A stretch of DNA of 64,000 nucleotides from an uncultured Spirochaetaceae bacterium (GCA_964458555.1 CAYWJH010000004.1:12379-76378); one strand, 5' to 3'. Positions 1 through 10,405 are shown, counted from the first letter of the stretch. Made by a program: numbers and translations. Notes: generated from the sequence alone by a model not told the origin.

Positions 1-1181
1 ATCTCGACTTCGGTCGCGGTCTCGAGGCCCACCTCCACGTCGCGCTCGACGCGCACGCCGTTGACCAGGACGTGGACGTAACGGCGCGTCGAGTATCGCT
101 GCACCGCGCGCTTGGGCAGCACGAGGACGTCCTCGCGTTCGGCGAGGATGAGCTGCGCGGTCGCGTTGGTGCCCAACCGGGCCTCCGGGATCGCGCTCGC
201 GGGACGGATGTGAACGGTATCCTCGTACTCTTCGCGCTGGTCGAACGGGACGCTGGTCGGCGTCAGGATCACGGTTCCGGAGTACTCGGCGTCGCCGACG
301 GTGATCGTACACTCCATCCCCACGCTGAACTCGTTCGCGTCGCGCCCCTCGTACTCGAAGACGAGGTCGGTCGGGTCGGCGATGCGGACGATCCGCTGGA
401 ACGCCTGGACGATCTCACCCTCTTCGGCCTGGCGACTGATCCACGTGACCCTGCCGGATATGGGAGCGTAGAGCTTCGTCGCCTCGAGCTCTTCGCGCAG
501 CCGCTCCAGGCGGATTCGCACCGCCTCCACGTCGATGCGCGCGAGCTCGAGCGAGATGGGCGTCTCCCGCTCCCGGATGCGCTCGAGCGAGAGCTCGGCC
601 TTGCGCAGTACGATCTCCTGTTCGTCGATCCGCCGGCGCAGGTCGCGTACCTGCTCGCTCTCCGCGCCGGTGACCTCTGCGAGCTCGAGCTCGTCGGCGA
701 GGTCTTCGCGAAGCTGCCCGAGCCGCATCGCCGCGAGGTCACGATCGGCGAGCGCGAACTCGAGCGTGAACCGGTCGCCGTTCTGTTCGCGGGTACGCGC
801 GAGCGCGAGCTCCGTGCGGCGAAGGTCGAGCTCAGCCTGCGCGATCTCGGCCTCGACGTTGTCCGTGTAGAGGTCGGCGATAAGGTCGCCCGCCGATACC
901 TCGTCGCCGATCGCCACGTGCATCGTCTTCAGCCGGCCGCCGCGGCGGTCGAAGAAGAGGTCCGACTGCGAGCCGGAGACGAAGCTGCCGAAGGCGCGAA
1001 TCGTGTCCTGCAGCGAGCCGCGCGAGACCGCCTCGGTGCGATAGCGTATGGGCGGCGGCTCGGCGAGCGGCGGTGCGAGAATCTCCTCCTCCTGCGGAAG
1101 CAGAAAGCACGAGGAGAGCAGCAGTGGGACGAGAACCGGAACGAGCCGGAACACCCGGCGGATGAAACGTGTCGTGAACAT
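1..1181 (-). CDS. Periplasmic adaptor (membrane-fusion/HlyD family) of an efflux transporter; 3' end lies outside the window
   Basis: Absent from the ORF track because it has no stop in the window. My minus-strand translation from ATG 1181-1179 reads MFTTRFIRRVFRLVPVLVPLLLSSCFLLPQEEE (lipobox-like LSSC). A long coiled coil follows (VEAEIAQAELDLRRTELALAR...RIDEQEIVLRKAELSLERI). It continues ...KLYAPISGRVTWI... and ...ATAQLILAEREDVLVLPKRAVQRYSTRRYVHVLVNGVRVERDVEVGLETATEVEI, the usual MFP layout. It starts 6 nt after the upstream stop. Confidence 0.75.
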   Translation of the reverse strand, partial: MFTTRFIRRVFRLVPVLVPLLLSSCFLLPQEEEILAPPLAEPPPIRYRTEAVSRGSLQDTIRAFGSFVSGSQSDLFFDRRGGRLKTMHVAIGDEVSAGDLIADLYTDNVEAEIAQAELDLRRTELALARTREQNGDRFTLEFALADRDLAAMRLGQLREDLADELELAEVTGAESEQVRDLRRRIDEQEIVLRKAELSLERIRERETPISLELARIDVEAVRIRLERLREELEATKLYAPISGRVTWISRQAEEGEIVQAFQRIVRIADPTDLVFEYEGRDANEFSVGMECTITVGDAEYSGTVILTPTSVPFDQREEYEDTVHIRPASAIPEARLGTNATAQLILAEREDVLVLPKRAVQRYSTRRYVHVLVNGVRVERDVEVGLETATEVE

Positions 1182-1187
1182 GGTACC

Positions 1188-3302
1188 CTACAGAGACTCT
1201 ATGAAATGGCGGAGCGCGTTCCGCGCCTCGGATTCACGCTCGCGCGCGCGCCGCAGATCGGCCTGCAACTGCGCGAGCGTCTCTTCCTGCGATGCGAGCG
1301 TCTCCACGTACCGGCGATAGAGATCGGTGCCGCTCTCGAGCACGCCCAGGTTCGCGCGGATTCGCTCCTGCGCGCGGAAGATGTCGTCGATCTCCTGCTC
1401 GATGCTGCGACGCTCGCGCTCGCGTTCGGCCACGGTCGACCGCAGCGACCGGATACGCTCCAGCTCGCGGGCGGTCTCGTCGTCGATGGTCCGCTGCGAG
1501 AGGTAGAAGCCGATTTGATCATCGCCGATCGTCGACAGGCTCACGCTCTGCGAGCGCACGCGTTCCTCGGTGACCGTGAGCGTGCGGCTTGCTCCGGCGG
1601 CCACGTCCGTCTCGAAGCGGAAGGTCGACGCGGTCTCGCTCGCCGGACGCGCGTCGCCGGCGATTTCCCAGCCGCTCGACCGCGGGTGGACGACCAGCAG
1701 GTCCACGTCGTCCGCGCCGAGCCGTTCGAACACGTAATCGGTCTCACGCCGATCGCGGAGCGCGACGCGCAGCACGCCGTCGGTGATGCGGATGCGCGTG
1801 ATCTCCTGCGGATCCGCGTCCTCTCGCACGAGCGCGGTGGTCTCCAGGTCGACCGCGTAGCTGACGAGACGCTCCTCGCCGTCGACGAGCTCCGGCAGCC
1901 GCGCGTCGCCTGCGTAGGTCGACGCGTCGAAGACCGTCGCCGGTCCGGCCGGGAGCTGGAGCCCGGTCGCGTTGGTGAGCCGCACCGCGCTGAGCGGACG
2001 GTCGGGCAGCACGGTGCGGTCGAAGATCGCGAGACGCTCGGCGGGCATCCGCGCGGCGACGATGGGGATGAGCGCAGCGCCGCGCCGCGGGATCGACACG
2101 GGGTGATCGACGCGGTAGACAGCGCCGCCCTCGAGCCGCGCGGCCGAGGAGACGCCCTGGTCGAGGTCGATCGGCTGCGACTCGCGGCGAAGGCTGTCGG
2201 CGAGCTCGTCGTCGAAGTACGCCCCCGACTCCGCCGTGGGCTCCGCCGCGCGGGAAAGGCTCCGCGCCGGTGGCGACGGGACGTCGCGCTCGTAGCGCTG
2301 CGGCGCGAGGGCGACTCCAACGTCCGGTTCCACGCGCGGGCGCGAGGCGTAGATGGGCGAGTAGAGGTCCATCACGAAGGAGATGGGGCGTCCCGAGACG
2401 AGCCCGAGCGAGACATCGGTCCAGTCGACCTCGCCGGTGTTCTCCACGATCGCCCAGCCCTGGATCTGCGCACGGCCGTCGTCGTCGAGCACGAGCCGGT
2501 AGCTCGTCTTCCACACGGGCACCGCGCGCACGTAGGCGACGCGAACGCGCCGCTCTCCTGCGCCGGAGAAGCGGATCGCGACGCTCTTGCGGTCCTGGTG
2601 ACGGTTCTCCGCGATCACCGCGAGCGCCGCGTCGAGCTCGGCCTGCAGCGACGGGTCGGTGAACCGGATCGAGCGCATCTCGGCGAAGGCGAGCTGTCTC
2701 AAGCCCGCGTCGCTCAGCAGGTTGAGGATCGCCTCGCGCTCGGTGCCGGCGTCGGTCTGGCGGGTCCGGTATTCGACACCGGCGACGATGCCGGTCGCCG
2801 ACACGGCCCCTTCGACGGCGACGCGTTCGCCGCGGGCCCGGTTGACGAGCTCGGCGAGCGCCGGGTTGTCGGCGACGTCGAGCGAGAAGCTGTCGAGAAT
2901 GCGCGACAGCGGGTCCTGCGAGGGATAGGTCACCGCGGTGACCGAGCCTCCGTCGAAGTCCTGGAGGACGAGGCTCTTGAGCAGGTCGTCGATGTCGCCG
3001 GCGGCCACCGTGAGGGCGATCTCCGTGGTGCCGGTCACGACCCCGTCGTGCTGGAAGTAGCCGACGCCGCTGGTGAAGAGGTCGACCGCGCTCACCGGCA
3101 GGCGCGCCACGGTGCCGAGGTCGCGGTAGGCCGGCGGCGACGTCCCCTCGCCCTCCTGCGTAACGCCGGTGGCGGAAAGCGAGACGAGACCCAGGGCTGT
3201 GAGGAGGACGACCACGGGGAGCAGCGGTCGCATGCTGCGCGAGCGGGGAGCAGTCGTGTGCGGCATCACCGCTACTCTACCCCGTCCGGGAGCCTTGCGC
3301 AA
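1188..3302 (-). CDS. Secreted DUF4139/DUF4140-like protein with C-terminal coiled coil
   Basis: 704-aa ORF. The signal-peptide-like MRPLLPVVVLLTALGLVSLSATG suggests the real start is ATG 3233 (or 3266) rather than 3302. The N-terminal VDLFTSGVGYFQHDGVVTGTTEIALTV..DIDDLLKSLVLQDFDGGSV resembles the DUF4140/DUF4139 family as I remember it. The last ~120 aa are heptad-rich. Not searched. Confidence 0.6.
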   Translation of the reverse strand: MRKAPGRGRVAVMPHTTAPRSRSMRPLLPVVVLLTALGLVSLSATGVTQEGEGTSPPAYRDLGTVARLPVSAVDLFTSGVGYFQHDGVVTGTTEIALTVAAGDIDDLLKSLVLQDFDGGSVTAVTYPSQDPLSRILDSFSLDVADNPALAELVNRARGERVAVEGAVSATGIVAGVEYRTRQTDAGTEREAILNLLSDAGLRQLAFAEMRSIRFTDPSLQAELDAALAVIAENRHQDRKSVAIRFSGAGERRVRVAYVRAVPVWKTSYRLVLDDDGRAQIQGWAIVENTGEVDWTDVSLGLVSGRPISFVMDLYSPIYASRPRVEPDVGVALAPQRYERDVPSPPARSLSRAAEPTAESGAYFDDELADSLRRESQPIDLDQGVSSAARLEGGAVYRVDHPVSIPRRGAALIPIVAARMPAERLAIFDRTVLPDRPLSAVRLTNATGLQLPAGPATVFDASTYAGDARLPELVDGEERLVSYAVDLETTALVREDADPQEITRIRITDGVLRVALRDRRETDYVFERLGADDVDLLVVHPRSSGWEIAGDARPASETASTFRFETDVAAGASRTLTVTEERVRSQSVSLSTIGDDQIGFYLSQRTIDDETARELERIRSLRSTVAERERERRSIEQEIDDIFRAQERIRANLGVLESGTDLYRRYVETLASQEETLAQLQADLRRARERESEARNALRHFIESL

Positions 3303-3320
3303 CGAAAAGACGGTGAGCTC

Positions 3321-4973
3321 TCAGTGTACGGTATCCGCCCCGCCGTCGCCAACGGCGTCGAGCCCGGCGCGCAACTCGGCGAAGTTCTCTACGTTCGTCG
3401 CCCCGATCTGTTCGATGTCGCCGGCGAGCTTCTCGACGGTGGTCGCGAGCCCGCGCAGCTCCTCGATGAGGCGCGTGATCTCCTCCGCGCGCGCGACCAC
3501 GTCTTCGATACCCTCGGTTTCGGAGGCGAGATCGCCGCTCATCGACGTGAGCGCCTCACGGACGCGTTCGTTGACGCGGCGCAGGTCACCGGTGGTCGCC
3601 TCGATCTCGCCGTGCCCGCTTGCGAGACGGTCGAGACCGCCGATGATCGTGTCGAGCAGGCCGCGCACGTCCTCGACCGACGCGGTGATCTCCTCGAAAA
3701 CCGACGTGAGCGTCGCGCTTTCCGCGACGGTCTGCTCGTTGATCTGCCGGTTCTCCGTGAGCGTGTCGCGGATGATGCGGGAATTCGCGGAGGTCTCGTC
3801 GGCGAGCTTGCGGATCTCTTCGGCGACGACCGCGAAGCCGCGGCCCGCGTCGCCGGCGTGCGCGGCCTCGATCGCCGCGTTCATCGCGAGCAGGTTGGTC
3901 CGCGCGGCGACGCTCTGGATGACGGTGATGACCTCGAGGACCCGTTCGGACATGGAGGACATCTGGCCGAAGCTCTCGACCGCGCGGGAAAGGGTCTCGC
4001 TCGCACGGCCGGAGGTCTCCACGAGTCGCCCCACGATATCGGTACGCCGATGCACGTCGTCGCGCATCTCGATCACGTTCCCGGTGATCGAGGCGATGGT
4101 CGCGCCCGTCGAGTCGATCGCGCGCGTCTGCTCCTCCATGACCTCGTTGACGGTGTCCTTCGAGCGCTCGATCTTCGCGTTCGCCTCGCGGGTGGCGCCG
4201 ACGCTCCCGTCGAGCCCGGCAAGGTGCTTGCTGATCGCTCCCAGGTCGCCGGTCATGCGCTCGGAGACGCGGGCGTTCTCCGCCGCGCTCTCCTTGAGCC
4301 GCTCGCCGACGTTGAACGCGTCGCCGAGCCGCTCGACGAGTCCGGAGAGGCGAGTCAGGCGCCGGTCGCTCTCCGCGGCCTGATCGGCCACGAGCCGCTG
4401 GGTGCGCTGGTTCATCCGAAAGATCTGGAGGATGAACAGCGCCGTGAAGACGGTGAGCAGCAGCGCGACGAGGAACTCCGAGAGCCCGGATTCGAGGCCG
4501 AGCGCCGCGAGCGCGGGCCGCACCCGCAGCGCGTACTGCAGAACGACCGCGCCTGCGCCGGCGCCGATGATCATGACGACCTGCCACGTCGCGTAGGCGA
4601 GCAGCGGTGCGGTCGTGAAGACCGGAATCATGTACGTCGTCTGGATGTAGATGTCGTTCGGCGAGCCGATCTCGCGCATCATGAACAGCCCGACCGCCGC
4701 GAAGAGAAAGAGCAGCACGGTGGCGACCGAGACGGGCCGGAACGCGCCGCGGAGGATGCCGACGGTGGAGACGCCGAGCAGGACGGCGATGCCCACCTCG
4801 GCGCCCCCCATAACGAAGGACGCCTCGGCGAGCCGGATGGCGCCGAGCACGAGGAACCCGAGCGACAGCGTCGCGTTCAGGAGGAAGAGCGAGGCCGCCT
4901 TCTCCCGAACGGCGACAACGTCGTTGCTGTACCTGTCCCGGCACCGTTGGAGAAGCGGGGCGGCGATACTCAC
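3321..4973 (-). CDS. Methyl-accepting chemotaxis protein with polytopic membrane N-terminus
   Basis: Canonical MCP signalling hairpin [44 protein letters not shown]. The N-terminal ~190 aa are 5-6 hydrophobic helices with no evident periplasmic domain. GTG start 4973 overlaps the upstream TGA (GTGA). Confidence 0.9.
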   Translation of the reverse strand: MSIAAPLLQRCRDRYSNDVVAVREKAASLFLLNATLSLGFLVLGAIRLAEASFVMGGAEVGIAVLLGVSTVGILRGAFRPVSVATVLLFLFAAVGLFMMREIGSPNDIYIQTTYMIPVFTTAPLLAYATWQVVMIIGAGAGAVVLQYALRVRPALAALGLESGLSEFLVALLLTVFTALFILQIFRMNQRTQRLVADQAAESDRRLTRLSGLVERLGDAFNVGERLKESAAENARVSERMTGDLGAISKHLAGLDGSVGATREANAKIERSKDTVNEVMEEQTRAIDSTGATIASITGNVIEMRDDVHRRTDIVGRLVETSGRASETLSRAVESFGQMSSMSERVLEVITVIQSVAARTNLLAMNAAIEAAHAGDAGRGFAVVAEEIRKLADETSANSRIIRDTLTENRQINEQTVAESATLTSVFEEITASVEDVRGLLDTIIGGLDRLASGHGEIEATTGDLRRVNERVREALTSMSGDLASETEGIEDVVARAEEITRLIEELRGLATTVEKLAGDIEQIGATNVENFAELRAGLDAVGDGGADTVH

Positions 4974-5959
4974 TTCTCCATGCTACCGTCGAAGGCGATC
5001 TGCGACGCGCCGAAGTTCACCTTCTGCACGAAGGCGAGCGCTTCCTGCGCCCCGAACTCACGGTCCATGCCGTTGTCCTCCCACTCGATGGACAGCGGTC
5101 CGGTATAGCCGGCCGCGTTCACCTCGCGGATAATCGCGTCGAAGTCGATGCTGCCGTGGCCGAGCGAGACGAAGTTCCACCCGCGGCGCAGATCGCCGAA
5201 GGGCAGGTGCGAGCCGAGGATGCTCGCGCGCCCGTCGAGCGTGACCTTCGAGTCCTTCATGTGGACGTGGTAGATGCGCTCGGCGAGGTCGCGGTAGAAG
5301 AGGTGCGGCTGGACGCCCTGCCAGATCAGGTGCGAGGGGTCGAAGTTGACGCCGAGCGTCTTTCGGTTACCGAACTCCTCGAGCAGGCGCTGCATGGTGT
5401 AGAGGTCGTAGGCGATCTCGCCGGGATGGACCTCGAGCGCGAAGCGCACGCCGTGCTTGTCGAACTCGTCGAAGATCGGCCCCCAGAGCTCGACGATCTT
5501 CCCGTAACCGTCGGCGACCTGCTGCTCGGTCGTGGGCGGGAAGCTGTACCACCACGCCCAGATGGGCGAGCCCATGAAGCCCGTGACGACGTCGATACCG
5601 AACGCCTTCGCGCCGGCCGGCGTGGCCATCATCTCGTCGATCGCCCATGCGCGGATCTCGTCGGGCTTGCCGGCGAGGTGGTCGGGGGCGAAGGCGTCGT
5701 TCCGCGGGTCGGGGTTGTCGCCCACGAGCTGCCCGACGATGTGCGATCCGATCGACCAGCAGCCGAGCCCGTTCTTCTCGAGCGTCTCCCTGTGCTGCTC
5801 GACGTAGCTAGAATCGGTGGCCATCTTGCCGACGTCGAAGTGGTCGCCCCAGGTGCAGAGCTCGAGGCCGTCGAAGCCCCAGCTTCCGGCCTTTTCGCAG
5901 ATCTCGGTGAACGGCAGATCGGCCCACTGCCCGGTGAATAGTGTTACAGGTCGTGCCAT
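4970..5959 (-). CDS. Sugar phosphate isomerase/epimerase (xylose-isomerase-like TIM barrel)
   Basis: 329 aa. ..[15 protein letters not shown].., ..[15 protein letters not shown].., ..[13 protein letters not shown].., ..HVHMKDS.. are typical of the AP-endonuclease-2/xylose-isomerase-like TIM family. ATG 5959 is preceded by AGGAGG. Confidence 0.85.
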   Translation of the reverse strand: MARPVTLFTGQWADLPFTEICEKAGSWGFDGLELCTWGDHFDVGKMATDSSYVEQHRETLEKNGLGCWSIGSHIVGQLVGDNPDPRNDAFAPDHLAGKPDEIRAWAIDEMMATPAGAKAFGIDVVTGFMGSPIWAWWYSFPPTTEQQVADGYGKIVELWGPIFDEFDKHGVRFALEVHPGEIAYDLYTMQRLLEEFGNRKTLGVNFDPSHLIWQGVQPHLFYRDLAERIYHVHMKDSKVTLDGRASILGSHLPFGDLRRGWNFVSLGHGSIDFDAIIREVNAAGYTGPLSIEWEDNGMDREFGAQEALAFVQKVNFGASQIAFDGSMEK

Positions 5960-5968
5960 AGTATCCTC

Positions 5969-7123
5969 CTAAAAATCGACCCAGGCGCTCTTCTGCCCGG
6001 CGCTCTCGACGACGCGCGTGACGAAGCGCACGCCCTGGATGCCGTCCTCGACGCCGGGAAAGTCCAGATCGGCCTTCGTGAGCTTGCCTCCGGAGAGCTT
6101 CGTGCGAAGCGCCCCGGTGTACGTCTTGTAGATGTTCGCGAACGCCTCGAAGTAGCCTTCCGGGTGTCCGGCGGGGATGCGGACGAGCGACTCGCCGCGC
6201 TCGCCCAGGTCGTCGCGGCCCCGGCTGAGGACCTGGACCGGTCCGTCGAGCGTGGCGAAGGTGAGGTGGTTCGGGTCCTCCTGGAAGAACTCGATCGACC
6301 CCTTCTCGCCAAACACGCGGATACGAAGCCCGTTGTCTTTCCCCACGGCAATCTGGCTGGTCCAGTAGACGCCGGTCGCGCCACCGGCGTAGTTCACCAT
6401 GACGGTCGCGTTGTCGTCGAGCTTCCGGCCCTTTACGAACGAGTCCAGACGCGCGGACAGCGACTCGATCTCGAGCCCGGTCACGTAGCTGACCATGTTC
6501 TCGACGTGCGTGCCGATGTCCCCCACGCAATTCGACATGCCCGACTGCTCCGGGTCGGTGCGCCAGCTCGCCTGACGGTTCTCTTTCTCCGCGCTGGTCG
6601 CCAGCCACTCCTGCGGGTACTCGGCGTTCACGAAGCGGATGGGGCCGAGCGCGCCCGAGCGCACGAGATCGCGCGCCTTCTTCACGATGGGGTAGCCGGT
6701 ATACGTGTAGGTGACGCCGAACAGGAGGCCGGTCTTCTCTACGAGCTTGCCGAGCTCCTCGGCGTCGGCGAGGTCTGTCGTAAGCGGCTTGTCGCAGACG
6801 ACGTTGATGCCGGCCTCGAGAAAGGTCTTCGCGATCTCGAAGTGCGACACGTTGGGCGTGACGATCGCGACGAAGTCGATCCCGTCCTCGCGCCGGCTCT
6901 CCTTCGCCGCCATCTCCTTATAGTCTGCGTAGAGCCGCGACTCGTCCATCAGCAGCTCGCCTCCGGTCTCGAGCGTGCTCTCGTGGTTGCGCGAGAACGC
7001 GGCGGCGACGAGCTCCGTATTCGGTTCGAGTGCGATGGCTCGCCGGTGCACGTCGCCGATGAACGCGCCGGGACCACCGCCCACCATGCCGTAGAAGAGG
7101 GGTCGATTCGCTGTTCCTGCCAT
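5969..7123 (-). CDS. Gfo/Idh/MocA family NAD(P)-dependent oxidoreductase
   Basis: Rossmann N-terminus YGMVGGGPGAFIGDVHRRA and VVCDKPLT motif. I chose internal ATG 7123 (GGAG upstream) over track start 7363, whose first 80 aa show no family-like sequence. Confidence 0.85.
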   Translation of the reverse strand: MAGTANRPLFYGMVGGGPGAFIGDVHRRAIALEPNTELVAAAFSRNHESTLETGGELLMDESRLYADYKEMAAKESRREDGIDFVAIVTPNVSHFEIAKTFLEAGINVVCDKPLTTDLADAEELGKLVEKTGLLFGVTYTYTGYPIVKKARDLVRSGALGPIRFVNAEYPQEWLATSAEKENRQASWRTDPEQSGMSNCVGDIGTHVENMVSYVTGLEIESLSARLDSFVKGRKLDDNATVMVNYAGGATGVYWTSQIAVGKDNGLRIRVFGEKGSIEFFQEDPNHLTFATLDGPVQVLSRGRDDLGERGESLVRIPAGHPEGYFEAFANIYKTYTGALRTKLSGGKLTKADLDFPGVEDGIQGVRFVTRVVESAGQKSAWVDF

Positions 7124-7223
7124 GAGCGCTCCTATCCGGTTTTCCTGCAGTGTAAACGGCATCCGGAAATTCGGCAATCGCGTGACACGCGATAGCGAGG
7201 TGAGGTACAAAGGGTGAGTTCCC

Positions 7224-8696
7224 GTGAACGGATCACACTTCGAAACAGTCAACCTACGCAAGCGGGTCCTCAGCCGACTCGGGGTCTTCTGCAAGGATCT
7301 CAAGAACGGCGGCGGCTTCGCCAACACGCACTGGGAGCAGCTCGGCCATCCAACCGCCGACATGAACGGCCAACGGTGGCTCGAGCACGTCCATCCCGAC
7401 GACCGCGACCGTGTGCGCGAGGCGCTCGAGCGGCATCTGCGCGGCGAGACGCCCGAGTTCCAGGCCGAGTACCGCGTGCGCGACCGCGACGGTAGCTACC
7501 GCTGGTTCATCTCGTCGGGCATGGTCGAGCGTCGCGCTTCCGACGGCACGCCGGCCACGTATCTGGGCCACGACCAGGACATCACCGACCTCCACAGCCT
7601 TCGCGAGGCTCTCCAGGAGGCCCGTCGCGAGGCCGAGGAGCGCGCGGGCGAGGCCGAGGCGCTACGCGGAGCCGGAGCCGTCGTGGTCGCGAGCCTCGAC
7701 GCAGCCACAGCGGTTCGCTCGGTCATCGAACAGCTGAACACGCTCGTTCCCTTCGGCTCCGCGCTCGTCTGCGAGCTCGAGAACCGGAGGCTGCGCTACG
7801 TAGGCGGTTCGTCGGATGTCAACGAGGAGAACTGGCGATCGTTCGCCCGGCCGCGCCGGCGCGCGTTTCTCAAGGCCATCAAATCGCGGATCCCCTACCT
7901 GATGAACGAACGCGAGTCTTCGGCCGACGAGGACGCCTCGCAGGGGTCGTCGGGTGCGGCCGCACCCGACGACGGGTTGCCGCACAAGCTGTTCGTACCG
8001 CTCGTCGTGCGCGGGTCGGCGGTCGGCGCGCTCGTGATCTCCCGGGCACGCGAGCCTTTTGCCGGCGAGGAAGTCCGGATCGTGATGTCCATGGCCGACT
8101 ACCTCTCGCTCGCCCTCTCGAATGCGAGGCTCTACAGCCACATGCAGCAGCGGGCCGAGATCGACCAGCTCACCGGCGTGCTCACCCGCCGGGCGTTCAT
8201 GGAATCCGGCGAACAGGTCATGGACCAGGCGTTCCACGCGGGGCAGCCGCTCTGCGCGTGCATCCTCGACATCGACCACTTCAAGCCGATCAACGACACC
8301 TTCGGCCACTCGACCGGCGACCAGGTTCTCAGGACCCTCGGCGCGGTCATGCGCGACAGCCTCCGCTCGACCGACATGATCGGACGCTTCGGCGGCGAGG
8401 AGTTCTGCGCGCTGCTCACCGACACCGGGCTTCGCGACGGGTACGACGTCGCCGAGCGGCTGCGCCACGCGATCGAATCGACCCCGTTTGCCGGGATCGA
8501 CCGTGAGGTGACCGCGAGTATCGGGATCGCGTACCTCACCCCGGGCGACGACGGGCGCGAAGGCGGTGACCAACCGAGCCGCGAGCGGCTCAGTATCGAG
8601 CAGATCATCCAGCGCGCAGACGTCGCGCTCTATAACGCGAAGGAATCCGGGCGCAACCGCGTTGTCGCCTACGAGGAGGGCATGGCGGGCGAATAG
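7224..8696 (+). CDS. PAS-GAF-GGDEF diguanylate cyclase
   Basis: PAS-like WLEHVHPDDRDRV..YRVRDRDGSYRWF. GAF-like middle region (..HKLFVPLVVRGSAVGALVISRAREPF..). GGDEF domain DQLTGVLTRRAF..ILDIDHFKPINDTFGHSTGDQVL..RSTDMIGRFGGEEFCALL, with the RxxD I-site 5 aa before GGEEF. Confidence 0.85.
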   Translation: MNGSHFETVNLRKRVLSRLGVFCKDLKNGGGFANTHWEQLGHPTADMNGQRWLEHVHPDDRDRVREALERHLRGETPEFQAEYRVRDRDGSYRWFISSGMVERRASDGTPATYLGHDQDITDLHSLREALQEARREAEERAGEAEALRGAGAVVVASLDAATAVRSVIEQLNTLVPFGSALVCELENRRLRYVGGSSDVNEENWRSFARPRRRAFLKAIKSRIPYLMNERESSADEDASQGSSGAAAPDDGLPHKLFVPLVVRGSAVGALVISRAREPFAGEEVRIVMSMADYLSLALSNARLYSHMQQRAEIDQLTGVLTRRAFMESGEQVMDQAFHAGQPLCACILDIDHFKPINDTFGHSTGDQVLRTLGAVMRDSLRSTDMIGRFGGEEFCALLTDTGLRDGYDVAERLRHAIESTPFAGIDREVTASIGIAYLTPGDDGREGGDQPSRERLSIEQIIQRADVALYNAKESGRNRVVAYEEGMAGE

Positions 8697-8728
8697 CGGC
8701 CTCGGCATCCGGCGGGGAAGAAGACTCC

Positions 8729-10405
8729 ATGGCTGAACACCAGCGTTTTGAACACATGATCAACCGTTCGCGCGACTTCGTCACGCTCATCAACCGTGAC
8801 TACGTGTATGAGTTCGCGAACCGGGCGTACTGCGAGGCGGTCGACCGTACGCAGGAGGACATCGTCGGACGGACCGTAGCCGACCTGTGGGGAGAAGACC
8901 GCTTCTCAACCCGCCTCCAGCCGCTGCTCGACCGCTGCTTCGCGGGAGAGACGATCGAGTACATCGACCGCTTCACCTTCGGGTCGTTCGAAAAGCACAT
9001 GCACGTGTGCTTCTACCCGTACGCCGAACACGGCGAGACGACGCACGCCCTCGTCTTCTCGCACGACATCACGCGCCTCACCGAGATCGAGACAAAGCTC
9101 ACGCACTACGAGTATCTCGATCCGCTGACGGGGCTCTTTAACCGGCGCTCGCTCGACGTCATCCTCGACAAGGAGATCTACCGCGCGAAGCGAAGCCCGG
9201 TGCCGGTGACGCACGCGCTCCTGTTCGTGTCGCTCGAGGGTTTCTCCGAGATCCACCGCGCTTTCGGGATAGAGATGGGCGACATCCTGCTCGAGAACAC
9301 GGGCCTGCGCGTACGGCAGACGGTCCGAGACAGCGACTACGTCTTCCGCTTCGACGGCACCGATCTCACGGTCCTGCTCATCGGCATCACGCACCCGGAG
9401 GACTCGGCGATCGTCGCCGAGAAGATCCACGAGGCGATCACGATGCCGTACAAGCACCAGGGGATCGAGGTGACGATTGCCGCGACGATCGGCGTGGCGA
9501 TCTTTCCCGCCGACGGAGAGACCCACGCGGAGCTCTTCCGCGCCGCGAACACCGCGGTGCTCGAGGCGCGGCGGGAGCGGGAGCCGTACGCGCTCTACAA
9601 GCGCGCGGTGCACGAGGAGGCGATCGCGCGCGCGACGCTCAAGACCGAGCTCGTCGCCGCCTTCGAGGAGCGGCGATTCGTGCTGCACTATCAACCGTTC
9701 GTGGACGCGGAGGGCATGCCGGTCGGCGCCGAGGCGCTCATCCGGTGGAATCATCCGCGCAGGGGGTTGCTCTACCCGGCGTCGTTCATCGCGCTCGCCG
9801 AGGAGACGCGACTGGTGAGCGCGATCGACAAGTGGGCGCTCTACGAGGTGTGCGACCAGCTCGCCGCCTGGTCGCACCTGCCGGATTTCTTCGTCTCGAT
9901 CAACATCAGCGCGCGGGACCTGCTCGACACCTACCTCGTCGAAGCGGTCGGACTCGCGCTCAAGCACGCCGACGGCGTCGCGCCGCACCGGCTGAAGCTC
10001 GAGCTCACCGAACGCATCTCCATGGACGACCCGCAACGTTCGATCGAGACGATGCGCGGGCTCGAGGACTTGGGCGTGGACATCTGGATCGACGACTTCG
10101 GCACGGGACAGTCGTCGCTCGCGTACCTGAAGGAGCTGCCGGCAAAGGTGCTGAAGATCGACAAGGTATTCATCGACCGGATCAAGGACGATGAGGAGGA
10201 TCTCGTCTATCTGGAGAGCATCGTGCGCGCGATCCGGTCGCGGGACAAACGCGTGTGTATCGAGGGCGTGACCGACGCCGACCAGGAGCGTCGCCTGCGC
10301 GGGATCGGGTGCGACCTCATGCAGGGCTACTACTACGCGCAGCCGGTGACGGCAGACAAACTGCTGGAGATGGTGAGCGCCGGTCGGCCGCTGCCGGCGG
10401 GATGA
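8729..10405 (+). CDS. PAS / degenerate-GGDEF / EAL c-di-GMP phosphodiesterase
   Basis: The GGDEF-fold region LDPLTGLFNRRSLD... has FDGTD in place of GGDEF but keeps RDSD (RxxD) 5 aa upstream. The EAL domain looks intact: GAEALIRW, SINISARD, LELTER, DDFGTGQSSLAYL, KIDKVFI, CIEGVT, QGYYYAQP. Confidence 0.85.
   Translation: MAEHQRFEHMINRSRDFVTLINRDYVYEFANRAYCEAVDRTQEDIVGRTVADLWGEDRFSTRLQPLLDRCFAGETIEYIDRFTFGSFEKHMHVCFYPYAEHGETTHALVFSHDITRLTEIETKLTHYEYLDPLTGLFNRRSLDVILDKEIYRAKRSPVPVTHALLFVSLEGFSEIHRAFGIEMGDILLENTGLRVRQTVRDSDYVFRFDGTDLTVLLIGITHPEDSAIVAEKIHEAITMPYKHQGIEVTIAATIGVAIFPADGETHAELFRAANTAVLEARREREPYALYKRAVHEEAIARATLKTELVAAFEERRFVLHYQPFVDAEGMPVGAEALIRWNHPRRGLLYPASFIALAEETRLVSAIDKWALYEVCDQLAAWSHLPDFFVSINISARDLLDTYLVEAVGLALKHADGVAPHRLKLELTERISMDDPQRSIETMRGLEDLGVDIWIDDFGTGQSSLAYLKELPAKVLKIDKVFIDRIKDDEEDLVYLESIVRAIRSRDKRVCIEGVTDADQERRLRGIGCDLMQGYYYAQPVTADKLLEMVSAGRPLPAG

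Noticed and set aside
72-5108. 1678-aa plus-strand ORF, the longest in the window
   Set aside because: It is exactly codon-aligned antisense to three real minus-strand genes that happen to share one frame. Their start coordinates 1181, 3302 and 4973 are all 2 mod 3, while 72 is 0 mod 3. In that register antisense stops arise only from sense TTA, CTA or TCA codons, which are rare at this GC. The translation is Arg/Asp/Glu/Ala/Leu/Val low-complexity with no family features, whereas the opposite strand encodes a clear MFP adaptor, a DUF4139-like protein and an MCP.
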